NCBI GenBank assembly: GCA_002269645.1
Contig: NIVC01000049.1
Coordinates: forward strand, 186,001-250,000
Direction: 5' to 3'
DNA length: 64,000 nucleotides
From: Macrostomum lignano
Lineage: Eukaryota
Shown: piece after piece, positions 23,827 to 34,177 of the stretch
Layout of the letters: each line of letters begins with the position of its first letter
Numbering within the stretch: position 1 is the first letter of the stretch
Notes under the pieces: generated by a model
What the model was told of the DNA's origin: nothing
The model's input: only the letters and a program-made list of their open reading frames with translations
The model's database searches: none
Translations under genes and position numbers: made by a program

Positions 23827-25877
23827 TGTCATGAAGGTTATGATGTAACCACGCTCTGTAACTTTTTCAAAAGTGCCTCCTATCGCCGTGCACCCCCTGC
23901 ACAGAGCTGTTGAGACTCGGCCAGGTCTTTCACCAGGCCTGGAGACTCCCGCTCTGCTGCACCCCCTGCTGCTTTGGCTCCGTCTCCCCTGCCGCCACAC
24001 TTACCTTTCCGGAGCTCCCCCTCCCTCTCTGTACCTCCCCCTCTACCCTATCTCTTCTGCTTTCCGCCCTATTCTTCGTGTACTTTTCCTGTCTCCCCTC
24101 TTTTTGCCCGTTTCCGCACTATTTTCCTGCGCTGTCCCCCCTTCTCTGCGTCTACTTACAGTATTTTGTGTGTTCACCGTCACCCTATCCCTTCTCAAAC
24201 TCCCAAACGGTGACGCAAGTCGTGTGACCCCTTCTTCCCCTCGATGACTCATCGATGACTCATCCTCTTGCGCAACCTTTTCTCATGCTATTGTTCTCCT
24301 CCCCAAATTTCTCATGCGACACCCACCCCACCTCCGATTCTATTGTTCTCGTTTTTTATTCTTTTGTTCTCTTTACCCCCCACGAATTATCAGATTTTCT
24401 CCGATTTTCTCTTTCTATTGTTCTCGTTTTCGCACCTAATTATCACCTTTTCTCCAATGTTTGCTTTTCTATTGTTCTCGATTCTCCCCAATTATCCCCG
24501 TTTTCCAATTCCTTTGTTCTCGACCCCAGCCCCATTGTTCTCAATGTTTGCTTGCGCAACACTTTCTCGACCTCCCGCTGCGCCAATTATCCCCCCCGCC
24601 TCACCTCCGGATTGCGCAATTCTCCCATTTCTCATGTTGCTATGCCGTTCTCATGCTTCTCATCATGACTCATTCTGACGTCATTCTGCCGGCAGCCAAT
24701 CAGAGAGAGGGAGTCATGGAAACGACCTTGGAGCGGCGGCTGGGATGGCTATATAAGGAAGCGATTTTCGGCATGAGAATCCTCAACTCTCGCTTCGGGC
24801 CGGTCTCCTCAGACTGTGTTCCTGCTCTTCCTACTGTGGACTTGCTGTCAGACCTTGATCTGACCTATTCGTCTATAGGACGAACCTCTGCCGGTCCGCG
24901 GTCTGATACCGCCAAGTTACCTCTGCTCCCCAAGTAAGCTCGCCTATCGGCCAGCGGTCTGATACCGCCCAGCATCATCAGCATCGCCTGATCTACATCA
25001 GCGCCTCGTCGCTTCAGCGCATCGCCGCTTCACCATCTGCCTGACTGCAGCCTACAGCCGTCCCCGGTCACTCCATCGCTCTCTCTCTCTCTGTGCAGCT
25101 GCCGGTAAGTTCCTGTTACTAATTTCTGCTTAATTGCCTCTGCTTATCCGGGGTTTGCCTATTTTCCATTGCTTAATTAGAAAGCTGAGCCAATTGTGAT
25201 ACCGTATCTTTTGCTGTACTTTTACTCAATAGTGAAGCCGCCTAATTGCCTGATTATTTTCCTAAGGGCCTAATTATTAACTATTAACTAACCTCATCAT
25301 TATTCACTCTTTCACCATCATTTCACTCATGGCTTGCTAAGCCTTTCTCCCGGGGTGGCGAAGCATAAGGAAGTTTGGGTAAGCTAATGGCCTCTTCCCG
25401 TGCAAAGCCCACCTGTGAGTGCGTGCTGCGGGGCCGTGTGTGCGTGCAGTAGAGTGATTAGCGAGTCTTGGCACAGAATGGCAGTAGGAAGGTTGCAACC
25501 CCATGCTAACACGTCCCTTCGCCCTGAGAAATCTAAACTATAGACAGTACATGTTCGCCTCATACTACTCTTAGTAATCAAAGTCGCAAGTCAGCCTCGC
25601 TCACAGCCACAAAGGATCCCCTGCTGAGAAATCCTCCAGATTGAGCCCAGAGTTCCCGATCATGCCCCAAGCAGAGTCCCTGTACTCGGCTGCATGTGTC
25701 TCCCCTGTTAGCCTAAATCCCCTGGTAACCAATCCAGGCGGGGCTCTAGCCTCGAGAGGTCTGGTAGTAAGATCCAGGTGCGCCAGCTCACATAGAGTGG
25801 TGGCAGCCACTCGGTCATACTATGACCGAGTGACCAACTATTGCACCTTGGCTACAGGTGGGGCCATGTGGGTCCTT
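23827..25877 (+). mobile_element. Probable LTR/5' region of an unclassified retroelement; continues at 34178-~34430 after the Polinton
   Basis: Begins with TG exactly where LINE homology stops; pyrimidine-rich U3-like region and promoter cluster; no recognisable coding domain. Confidence 0.45.
24666..24757 (+). promoter_or_regulatory. Pol II promoter-like cluster: AP-1 (TGACTCA), CRE (TGACGTCA), CCAAT and TATA (TATATAAG)
   Basis: Four consensus motifs in canonical order within about 90 bp (24666, 24676, 24696, 24750). Confidence 0.6.
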
Positions 25878-26406
25878 ACTACGTAATGTGCAGAAACTGC
25901 CGGGTTTTGGAGGTGAGGTGGGTGTCAGAGCCAATGCAAATTCAACGCCTATCTAAATACATTAGACCTCTTCTAATTGGTCCAGACCCTGTAAGTCATT
26001 ATGAGACATTTATGCATGTAACTCTCATGTAAATCTAATTATACATGTAATCAGTGTACATTCCTAATTGTGTCGTACAGAAGCGACGACCAGTACTATA
26101 TAGTACGCATAATTAGCGCTTCACCGTAGCAGTTGTACGCAGAAGCGCTCGCGCGCCCAGCCCCGCACAATGCAGCATTGGTGTACGCAGAATTAACTGT
26201 ACATATTAACTGTCCATATACTCAAAATTGGCAGAATTAACGCGCGCCCACCCACCCCATAACTGTTTATATACCAAACTTCGTGTACGCGCAGAATTGT
26301 AGCGCCCACTCATCCAAGAAAATATTATGTGACCCCACAAAATTGGCGGCCCCCCCCCGCACGCGCGTAGGCATGATGAGTCAGCCGCTGTAAATCGCTG
26401 CTGTCC
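25878..26406. repeat. Left terminal inverted repeat of the Polinton-like element
   Basis: Reverse complement of 33492-34177 from ACTACGTAAT to CGCTGCTGTCC. Confidence 0.95.
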
Positions 26407-26656
26407 GTACTGTTATATCCACTCCTTTCATACTTCACCCCTCTAGAATTCTGTCCTCCGTAGCCACTCCGGGGCAATTACGTCATCCCCAATCCCTCTC
26501 CCAGAGTCAAATAAGTTTTCAAAAGGCGTATATATATTAACACAAAAAGCCGGCCGAGCTTTGATACGTATACGATTTATTTAGCATACACAATTGGGTG
26601 ATAACCCAAAACGTTTGAATAATAGCGAGCAGGAGCATTTTGCAAACAGTTTACAA

Positions 26657-27080
26657 TCAAGTATGAGTAGGGGTCGCGAGTAGCATATCCTCATACGTTT
26701 TGACTAAACTTTTTGGATTAGTGGGGACAAGCTGCCTTGCAATATGAGACACTGTGCTGGCATCCCGTACATTGCGGAATAAAACAAGGTAGTTCGAATT
26801 GAGCGACTGAGTTCGGTGCTCCTTACCCTTTGCAAACAGGTTTTGCACAAGATACCAAAGTCGGAACCCCACGTGGGAGACTTTGCGCGTGAAAAAAAGT
26901 TGTAAAAGCGCCACTCTTTTTTATGGCATGCATTTGGTCGTCGACGACAAGTAGAATATTTGGTTCAGGGACATTTTGTTCAGGGTCAAATGTACACGAA
27001 CGAAAATTTACAGGGTACGGCAATTCAAACAGTTCAGGATCCGGATAGTGGCCAAACCAGTCTACGCGAATCGGCGTAGA
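26657..27080 (-). pseudogene. Packaging ATPase (A32/FtsK-like) remnant: Walker A region missing, frameshift in a T7 run near 26892-26898
   Basis: LLVVDD Walker B; LVQNLFAKGKEHRTQSLNSNYLVLFRNVRD...IARQ motifs; upstream frame starts STPIRVDWFGHY directly after a stop. Confidence 0.85.
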
Positions 27081-27424
27081 CTAAAAAAAAATGGTTTTTC
27101 AGCCACAAATATTACATGAGCCCCGCAGGTCACACTTAGCGGATGCTGTACAGGATGCCGGTTCATGGCCACCTCCACAGGGACATACTTTGCGATCCAC
27201 AACTTTAATAAATCTGGCACAGGATCGATACACAAGGGGTCAAAAAATGTCACGCTCTCATCGGCATGAAGACAAATCAAAGCCCAGTGAGTGCCTGGTA
27301 GATTGCCAGTGTCAAAGTTAATCACGTATGCAGCAGGATAAACAGGCTGCGGAATCCTGTCAACTGGTGTTACTCGAACAGGGACAGGTAGTATTAGACG
27401 TTCTAATATATCTAGACTATTCAT
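27062..27424 (-). CDS. Adenain-like cysteine protease, C-terminally shortened
   Basis: GTHW, FFD, VQ and CG catalytic motifs in the expected order. Confidence 0.88.
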   Translation of the reverse strand: MNSLDILERLILPVPVRVTPVDRIPQPVYPAAYVINFDTGNLPGTHWALICLHADESVTFFDPLCIDPVPDLLKLWIAKYVPVEVAMNRHPVQHPLSVTCGAHVIFVAEKPFFFSLRRFA

Positions 27425-27492
27425 ATCGGCATGAATATGGCCGTTATTCGGGAATAAAAAGATGTTTGTTTCTACACGTAGTCTAGAATAAC

Positions 27493-28755
27493 CTAACGAC
27501 CGCGAGTGATTTGCACAGTATTGTCAAAGTAGCCAAACACCAACACGTTGATTCCTGCAGCTAAAGCAGCAGAAAACTTTATTTGTAGCGTCAGATTCCC
27601 TCGCTCGCGAGGCATGCTATGCCCGCCCAGCTCCATGTCGGGCATGAGATTCCAGGCGAAGAAGCAGTAGCCAGCTCCATAGTCAGAATATGATACGTCA
27701 ATATCCAGGTCCCGATTCATCTTTCCTAGGCTTTTTAGCAGCATGGCATACTCGCGAGCATAGTTATGAACACCGAATCGAGGAGTAAACGGTTGTCCAC
27801 ACAGACTGACTCCGTCCTTATACAGAGCGACACTGTCTGCCCCAAACGGTTCAAAATTAAACGGGTTATGTGTAGCCACACCGTTGTATGCGCCGCTGTT
27901 CACCATGCCAACAACCACTAGTTTAGGCTTTTGTTCAGGAAATATATTATTGATTGACATGTCCCGAACACCGCCAGCCACTGAAGTATTGTGCACAACA
28001 AGTCGCTCAATCGGATAGATTGCATTCTGTTTGCCTAGTTGTTCTTCAATCTCCAATGCCAATTGGGGGTTTGCCTTGACGCGGCGCACATGTAGTTTGG
28101 CACTCTCGAGTACCAGCCGCGCATCAACCCCGTCTGCGTGGTTTTCCAGAACGAAGCCGGAATTGTGCATGGTCAGCGTAATTACCATATCAGTGTATGG
28201 CAGTAGCATTCGGTCGTTGGTAACAAAAAAGTCTAAACTCAGAGGTCCATAAAGGTGAAAGGTGCGTGAGTTTGCCGCCATCGCCTTGCGAGCTACAAAG
28301 CCAGGATTTCCAACCACAGCCATTTGACCTCCAGCGTCCTTTGCGTAGCCCATCATTCTCAGTTGATTGGTTTTTGAATCGTGTCCGTAATTCAAACACG
28401 TGCGAATATAGGCCTTGTAAGCGTGGTTGTTATTGCTCGACTCTACGTGTGTCCCGTTGATTGTCAACGTGACGTTTTTAAACATGCTTTCAAGGACGTA
28501 ATTGACCGGCGCAACATTCGAATCAGCAGCAAGATTTGTGCCATTAGACTGCTTAACGCGGGCCTTTATCTCGAGGTCAATGTCGTTAAGATCGATAAAC
28601 GTCTCACGACCGACAATCCTAAATTCGACCACGCTGGCATTTTCAACACTGGACACAGGGTGAACTTCTTCAGTGGTAGCGCTAATTGCAGCAATTTGGT
28701 GTGCGCGAGGAGCAAATAGCTCGAATTCCGACTTTGTACACAGGCACTCAGTCAT
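27493..28755 (-). CDS. Polinton major capsid protein (double jelly-roll), intact 420 aa
   Basis: CTKSEFELF...HPVSS...VEFRI...IDL N-terminus and PKLVVVGMV...NPFNF...Y..LL signature of Polinton MCP. Confidence 0.92.
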   Translation of the reverse strand: MTECLCTKSEFELFAPRAHQIAAISATTEEVHPVSSVENASVVEFRIVGRETFIDLNDIDLEIKARVKQSNGTNLAADSNVAPVNYVLESMFKNVTLTINGTHVESSNNNHAYKAYIRTCLNYGHDSKTNQLRMMGYAKDAGGQMAVVGNPGFVARKAMAANSRTFHLYGPLSLDFFVTNDRMLLPYTDMVITLTMHNSGFVLENHADGVDARLVLESAKLHVRRVKANPQLALEIEEQLGKQNAIYPIERLVVHNTSVAGGVRDMSINNIFPEQKPKLVVVGMVNSGAYNGVATHNPFNFEPFGADSVALYKDGVSLCGQPFTPRFGVHNYAREYAMLLKSLGKMNRDLDIDVSYSDYGAGYCFFAWNLMPDMELGGHSMPRERGNLTLQIKFSAALAAGINVLVFGYFDNTVQITRGR

Positions 28756-28798
28756 TTTTCTTTCAACAGCGGCTTAGTGTGATGCTCTAATAGACAGA

Positions 28799-29167
28799 TC
28801 AGTTATTGGCACGGGTTTTTTTATTTATAGAGTCGAAAATATCAGAATGCTGCAGTCTTTTTCTCGTTTTTTTGTTAGTCATCTTTCTTCGTCTTTGTCT
28901 GCCGCTACCTCGTTGTGCGACTGTGTCCTTGAAAGCATCTTTAGCTGCCTGGACAGAGTTACGCAATGTCGCTTCTTTCAAGTTCCCGCCTTGATCGAGT
29001 GTGTCGCTAACTGTTGTAGCTAGGGCTCGTGTTCCGTGGCGAAGAATATTTTTGCCAAAACTCTTTAAAATTGGCAGGGCAAATCGGGCAATGCTGCCAA
29101 ACAGGCCGTTGCCGCGCTGTGCACCGGAAAATACCGGTAAAGCTCCTCCGATCAAGATTGAAGGCAT
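28799..29167 (-). CDS. Conserved small Polinton virion protein with QRGxG protease-site motifs, amphipathic helix and basic tail
   Basis: QRGNGLFGSIARFALPILK and QRGSG...RRRK; lies between the mCP and MCP genes. Confidence 0.75.
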   Translation of the reverse strand: MPSILIGGALPVFSGAQRGNGLFGSIARFALPILKSFGKNILRHGTRALATTVSDTLDQGGNLKEATLRNSVQAAKDAFKDTVAQRGSGRQRRRKMTNKKTRKRLQHSDIFDSINKKTRANN

Positions 29168-29211
29168 ATTGTCGATCAGTTGCTACCTTTTTTTCGTGAA
29201 AACTTCTTTAT

Positions 29212-29540
29212 TTATAGCTTAATTTCACGAATGTTGATCGATAAAACAGTTTTGCCTCGAAGAATCCGATCCATTAACTTGCCCATATCGTCACAGATTT
29301 GCACCTCAATGGTTTTGAATGGGTGTTTCACCAACGGTAAGTAGGATGGATTGACAAACTCGTAGTACTCTCGTTCGCCGTATACCTTTTCATTCAAAGG
29401 AATTGCCCCAAGCAGGGGGACTTTGACGTCTCCAACAATGGCAGAGTCGACAATATTTGAATAGATGTACATAGTTTGTACACCATTTGTTAAATCGATT
29501 GGTCGTTTAGCGGTCTTTGGAGTTTCATTGAAAAATCTTT
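29212..29540 (-). pseudogene. Minor capsid (penton) protein, C-terminal half only
   Basis: MYIYSNIVDSAIVGDVKVPLL...YLP...IEVQICDDMG signature; N-terminal part replaced by integrase tail sequence. Confidence 0.85.
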
Positions 29541-30449
29541 GCGAAAGAAGTAGAATTGACCCTCGATTTGTTCTCCAGATAGGTCGGAAATCCGATAAAA
29601 ATGAGGTGGTCCCGGGCATACTTGAGACACAACGTAAACTTCTTCGCTGTACATATCGTATGCTTCCTTGTCAAAGGCTCGACGAGATTTTGAAATTCTG
29701 ACGAAGTCCCCTTCTTAGTAAACTGGTTCATCATATTCAGGATCCTTGTAGAGCTTTTCCCACAATTCTTTTTGGTTGTGCAGACCGACACTCGAAGGTT
29801 TCATTTCAATAGTAGAGTTTACTGTGTTGTTGTAACTTTTAACCAATATTGGTAAATAGTCGATCCAGCGCCACGTGTTTTTATGCTCAAAGTAGCGAGC
29901 TAAACGTTTTCGGAAAGTTCTAATTAACCTTTCAGCCATATTTGCCTTGTATACAGAGTTTGTACTGTACATTTTGATATTATGGGCTTTCAGTAAGTTC
30001 TGCATGCGATTGTTATAAAACTCGGTACCTCGATCAACGTGTAGATATAAAGGCTCAATAGGGAAGTCTTTGATCATACTTTCAAAAGCCTTTGGAGTGT
30101 CGCTTTTCAATTTTATTGGCTGGCAAAAAGCCAATTTACTAAGCACGTCAATTGCAACTAGAATATATCGATGACCATCATTCCATTGTTCGTATCGTGA
30201 CATGTCCATCAAATCCGCTTGCACAGTTTCCATGAAGCCTCCTGACATTACTTTTCCGGTTCGGAAATTTCTTTTGACCCTCTTGTGCCGGGTGTAGCTC
30301 GCTTGAGCTTTCAGCCATTCGTCGGTTTGGCGTCTCGTCAGGGAGGGGACCAGCCGTTTGGCCTCCTGATATACACGGGCAGCATTTGTAAAAGCGGCGT
30401 CCCCCTGTTCGTACACTCTCCGAAGAGCGGTTTTCACCCTCATTCGCAA
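29541..30449 (-). pseudogene. Retroviral-like (rve) integrase with an in-frame TAA at 29715-29717; frame continues EGDFVRISK...GEQIEGQFY
   Basis: QADLMDM, IDVLSK, HVDRGTEF and AERLIRT (D-D-E); C-terminal domain read manually past the stop. Confidence 0.92.
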
Positions 30450-30576
30450 CTAGATTCGATGCACAGCATGAGTAATTACACTTGAACTCCACAGACGGTT
30501 TGTCTGAGCAAAGCTTTGAAGTTACAGCTGCGGCACCCATGATCCAAAAACAGATTATAAATCATGAAAATGATTT

Positions 30577-31231
30577 CTATTTATAGTTTTTTAACGTCTC
30601 GTATTTTACTGCTGGTTTCTGCCGCCTCTTTGGTTCGCGAAGTTGGTATGAAGCATGCCTGTAGGCATCGCTGCCACGATCTTCATATTTTTTAATTTCA
30701 TTCAGGCCACTGGCTTGGTCTTTGTGGAAGTCGTTGTGGAAATCACTAGTTCCAATTGCTTGCTCGACTAAAAAATCGTCTCGATCCGGATCCGTGCCGA
30801 CTTCTTTTTTCACACTGATTTCTTCTTGTTGGCGTCGTCCTAGTGGAGCTTTTGCAATATCTGCCTCTTCAGCCAGGGCCCAAAAAGCGGTACTATATTT
30901 CGGGCTTGGGCGGTCGCGCCTTTCATTAGATTTAGTCTCCTTCAGTATATCGAAAATATTGCTTCCTGGCCAGGTTCTTCCATCAAATACAATTTCCCAC
31001 GACTTGTTGTACTCCAAATTTGGGTATCTTTCTGTCAGCATGTCCCAAATACGTTGTTGTCGTTCAGGAAAACGAATATTCTTCTTTTGCTTGATCTGAC
31101 TTAGTTTATTTTGGAGTTGAGTGTTGTATTTAATGAGTTTTTCATATTCTGTTTTAGATACAATTTCTCGGGGTGCGCCTTGACTTAGTCTATTAAATTC
31201 TTCTTCTGGTACAACAACGTATTTATCTCAT
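30577..31231 (-). CDS. Conserved Polinton accessory protein; start probably disrupted by a 1-nt insertion after ATG
   Basis: Frame open from DKYVVVPEEEF; WEIVFDGRTWPGSNIFDIL resembles the G..IPGSNI.DL motif of Polinton hypothetical proteins. Confidence 0.65.
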
Positions 31232-31232
31232 T

Positions 31233-31661
31233 TTAGCGACCGAGTAGTCCGCCAAACAGGCTTGATATTAGCGGTGCAGCAACAGATGCAAGGATGGGTA
31301 GAAAGCCACCGACTTGAGGATTCGAGAGAAGCATATTCTTCTTCCTATTTATAGACAATTTTGTGTCTGCCAATTCACGCAACGATCTTCTGTATCGCTT
31401 TAATCGCAGATACTGTTTCGGAGAAAGATCGATATTTCCCCGGAGCACGTTGTGACTCAATTCACAGAGACAATGAATCAGTTCCTTGCCTGCACCTCGA
31501 ATAATTGCCCGCCGAAGAGCGGGACGGGCTTTGGCGAGCTCTGCGAGCTCGCCGCGACAAGAACATAGTCTGGAGATTCCGTTTGTCCTTTTGTTTAGCA
31601 CAAAGATGTTGGTTGCAGTGCACCGCAATTTATGCACAATATATTTATAGACAACTTTCAT
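31233..31661 (-). CDS. Polinton conserved protein with an adenovirus pX-like C-terminus
   Basis: LIHCLCELSHNVLRGN core and QVGGFLPILASVAAPLISSLF tail; true start uncertain. Confidence 0.75.
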   Translation of the reverse strand: MKVVYKYIVHKLRCTATNIFVLNKRTNGISRLCSCRGELAELAKARPALRRAIIRGAGKELIHCLCELSHNVLRGNIDLSPKQYLRLKRYRRSLRELADTKLSINRKKNMLLSNPQVGGFLPILASVAAPLISSLFGGLLGR

Positions 31662-31730
31662 AGCAGTTTGTACGTACCTACAAATTCAGTACAGTAGTAA
31701 AACAGTAAAGTTACGCAACAGCTACATGGA

Positions 31731-32231
31731 TTAGACATGCAAAACGCTAGTCACATGATCGTACATTTGACAGAGCTCTTTAAAGTTTCGTATTCCAAGG
31801 AAAACAAGGCGGCCATTCTTTCCGCATAATAAACATTTAGCCTTGCGAAATGGAGACTTTATTACTATTCCATTGAAAACTTCGCACTCCCACTTCACCC
31901 AGCGGGACCCGGAGTATGCAATTTGGAAAAAATTTGGCCATCTGTCTACTTCAGCGCGGTAAGTACTAGTGGTAACAACAACAGAAATTGGTTTACATTG
32001 AGGAAAAAGACGCAAAACTTGGTTGACTGAGCGACAACCGAATACAATTGCAGACAAAGAACGCTGAAAAAAGTTGATTGTACATCTTCCTATTCGCAAA
32101 TTGAAAAGATTCGCAAAAATTCGCAAATTCGCTCTTGGTCTGCAAAATGTCCGTGCGCTCGCCCAGTCCAAGTCAGGCATGCGGCTCCATTTCGCGCAAA
32201 ACACTCGGTTCACACACTCGACGTTCTGCAA
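31731..32231 (-). CDS. Unknown Cys-containing ORF inside the Polinton
   Basis: 166-aa ORF co-oriented with the viral genes; no family recognised. Confidence 0.4.
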   Translation of the reverse strand: MQNVECVNRVFCAKWSRMPDLDWASARTFCRPRANLRIFANLFNLRIGRCTINFFQRSLSAIVFGCRSVNQVLRLFPQCKPISVVVTTSTYRAEVDRWPNFFQIAYSGSRWVKWECEVFNGIVIKSPFRKAKCLLCGKNGRLVFLGIRNFKELCQMYDHVTSVLHV

Positions 32232-32334
32232 GTAGATTTTTCGGCAGTTTTTACTTCCTATCCTTCTTGAGGGCTTTCGACCGCTTCTTTATTGGTTCGT
32301 TGGCTGCTACTACTTTCGATTGATGCTGTCGCTT

Positions 32335-32969
32335 TCAGGCCTGATTTTTAGGCACCTTTGGCTGCTTCTCCTTGACAAGCTTTGGTGGTTTCTTTGCTTT
32401 CTTGCTTACTTTCTTGGTGCCTACCTTGATTTTTGGAGGTGGCGTCCAATAGCAACGATCGAATGCCTGTTTGGCTTCTTCGACAAACTGTAGCTGTTGA
32501 ATTTTTGGCATTGCGGTCAAAACAGCGTCTCGAATCACGGCCGTATCGAGCGTGAACAGAATCCTGTAGTAGCCGCTCTTGTTTTTGTAATCCTCTGATC
32601 TACAGGCAGTCCGTTTTGGTCGTAAATTTTAAAGTCGTGAGCCAACCCAAACGCTGCACTGTCACCTCCAAACGCTGGGTTGTAGCCCAGCAGAGCTAGA
32701 CTTTCGCTGGAAAGGTGCTCCGCCACAGTGTTGAAAGTGTAGGGTATGCAGCTCTCAATGTGTTTTTGTGCAATGATGATGAATTCGCGACCTTCGTTGT
32801 CAGTACGCACGCCCTTGACGATCAAAACAGGGACCGCATTGGTCAAGTAGAGAGGTCCCTGTTCGTCATATTCAATGTCAAACGTTTCAACCCCGTTGAA
32901 GCTCGGACCTCGCGGTTTGAGCGCCAGCAGCTCTCGCTTGACGCAGTTGAAGTCTTGCACTGTCTCCAT
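32335..32969 (-). CDS. Unknown protein, probably one gene split by a frameshift near 32540, with a Lys-rich C-terminus
   Basis: Two abutting ORFs (144 and 67 aa); ATG at 32969 has a TATA upstream. Confidence 0.5.
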
Positions 32970-33030
32970 GTCTCTTGTCTGTTTAGAAAAATTTGCAGGT
33001 ACGGGCGCTTGCAGATGCTCTGGGCTGGTG

Positions 33031-33038
33031 CTTATATA
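33031..33038 (-). promoter_or_regulatory. TATA box (TATATAAG) upstream of the first Polinton ORF
   Basis: About 60 nt upstream of the ATG at 32969. Confidence 0.4.
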
Positions 33039-33491
33039 CCCGAGAGTCTCAATATTTTTTTGTTTTAATTACACGATAACGAGCTTTTTACGGTGTCGTC
33101 GTTATCAGGAATTCCGGAAAAAATGAACCTTTTGTTCCTATTTTCGGGTGCTGGCGTTGGAGGTGTGCTGAAATCCTTGCTCCAAGTTGATGGTAGTTCA
33201 AGCTTTGGCGGCCTGATCCTCGTGCTTTGGCAACCAAAAAATTTCTTGTCAAAAACTGCGTTGTCTAGACGATTGGGGTGTTAATTGAGCTTGGTGAATT
33301 TAGAGAACCGCCGAGAATCCAAATTTTCTTTATTTATAGTTTGCTGTCTGAACAAAAATGACCTGGCATTTACAAGAATATTTTCAGACCTTGATGACGT
33401 GTCTGGCTATAAAGTTAGCATTGTGTCTCGACCGGGTTGTTGCGTAACCCTGCTGCAGGTAGCTATAGTGAGCCGCGCAGGGCAAAGGGGT

Positions 33492-34177
33492 GGACAGCAG
33501 CGATTTACAGCGGCTGACTCATCATGCCTCCGCGCGCGCGGGGGGCCGCCAATTAATTGTGAGGGGCGACAGAATATTTTCTTGGATGGGTGGGCGCTAC
33601 AATTCTGCGTGTACACAAATTTTGGGTATGATCGAACAGTTATGGGGTGGGCGGGCGCTACAATTCTGCGTGTACACAAATTTTGGGTATGATCGAACAG
33701 TTATGGGGTGGGCGGGCGCTACAATTCTGCGCGTACACCAATTTTGGGTGTATATATGGACAGTAAATATGGACAAGTAATAATATGGACAATTATGGGG
33801 TGGGTGGACGCCCTAATTCTGCGTACACCAATTTTAGGTATATGGACAGTTATGGGTGGGTGGGTACGCTACACCAATGCTGCATTGTGCGGGGCTGGGC
33901 GCGCGCGCGCTTCTGCGTACAACTGCTACGGTGAAGCGCTAATTATGCGTACTATATTGTACTGGTCGTCGCTTCTATACGACACAATTAGGAATGTACA
34001 CTGATTACATGTACAATTAGATTTACATGAGAGTTACATGCATAAATGTCTCATAATGACTTACAGGGTCTGGACCAATTAGAAGAGGTCTAATGTATTT
34101 AGATAGGCGTTGAATTTGCATTGGCTCTGACACCCACCTCACCTCCAAAACCCGGCAGTTTCTGCACATTACGTAGT
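33492..34177. repeat. Right terminal inverted repeat with extra internal tandem repeats
   Basis: Complementary to the left TIR; the roughly 59-bp unit at 33590-33745 is duplicated. Confidence 0.95.

Larger units (their letters stand above)
25878..34177 (-). mobile_element. Polinton/Maverick-like endogenous virus, 8300 bp, lacking pPolB
   Basis: 6-bp TSD GTCCTT (25872-25877, 34178-34183); TIRs 25878-26406 and 33492-34177; integrase, major and minor capsid, adenain protease and A32-like ATPase motifs. Confidence 0.95.

Noticed and set aside
23873-24937. Overlapping Pro/Leu/Phe-rich ORFs
   Set aside because: Pyrimidine-rich LTR-like DNA open in several frames; no domain
26407-33491. Protein-primed DNA polymerase B within the Polinton
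   Set aside because: No ORF of suitable size and no PolB motifs seen on either strand
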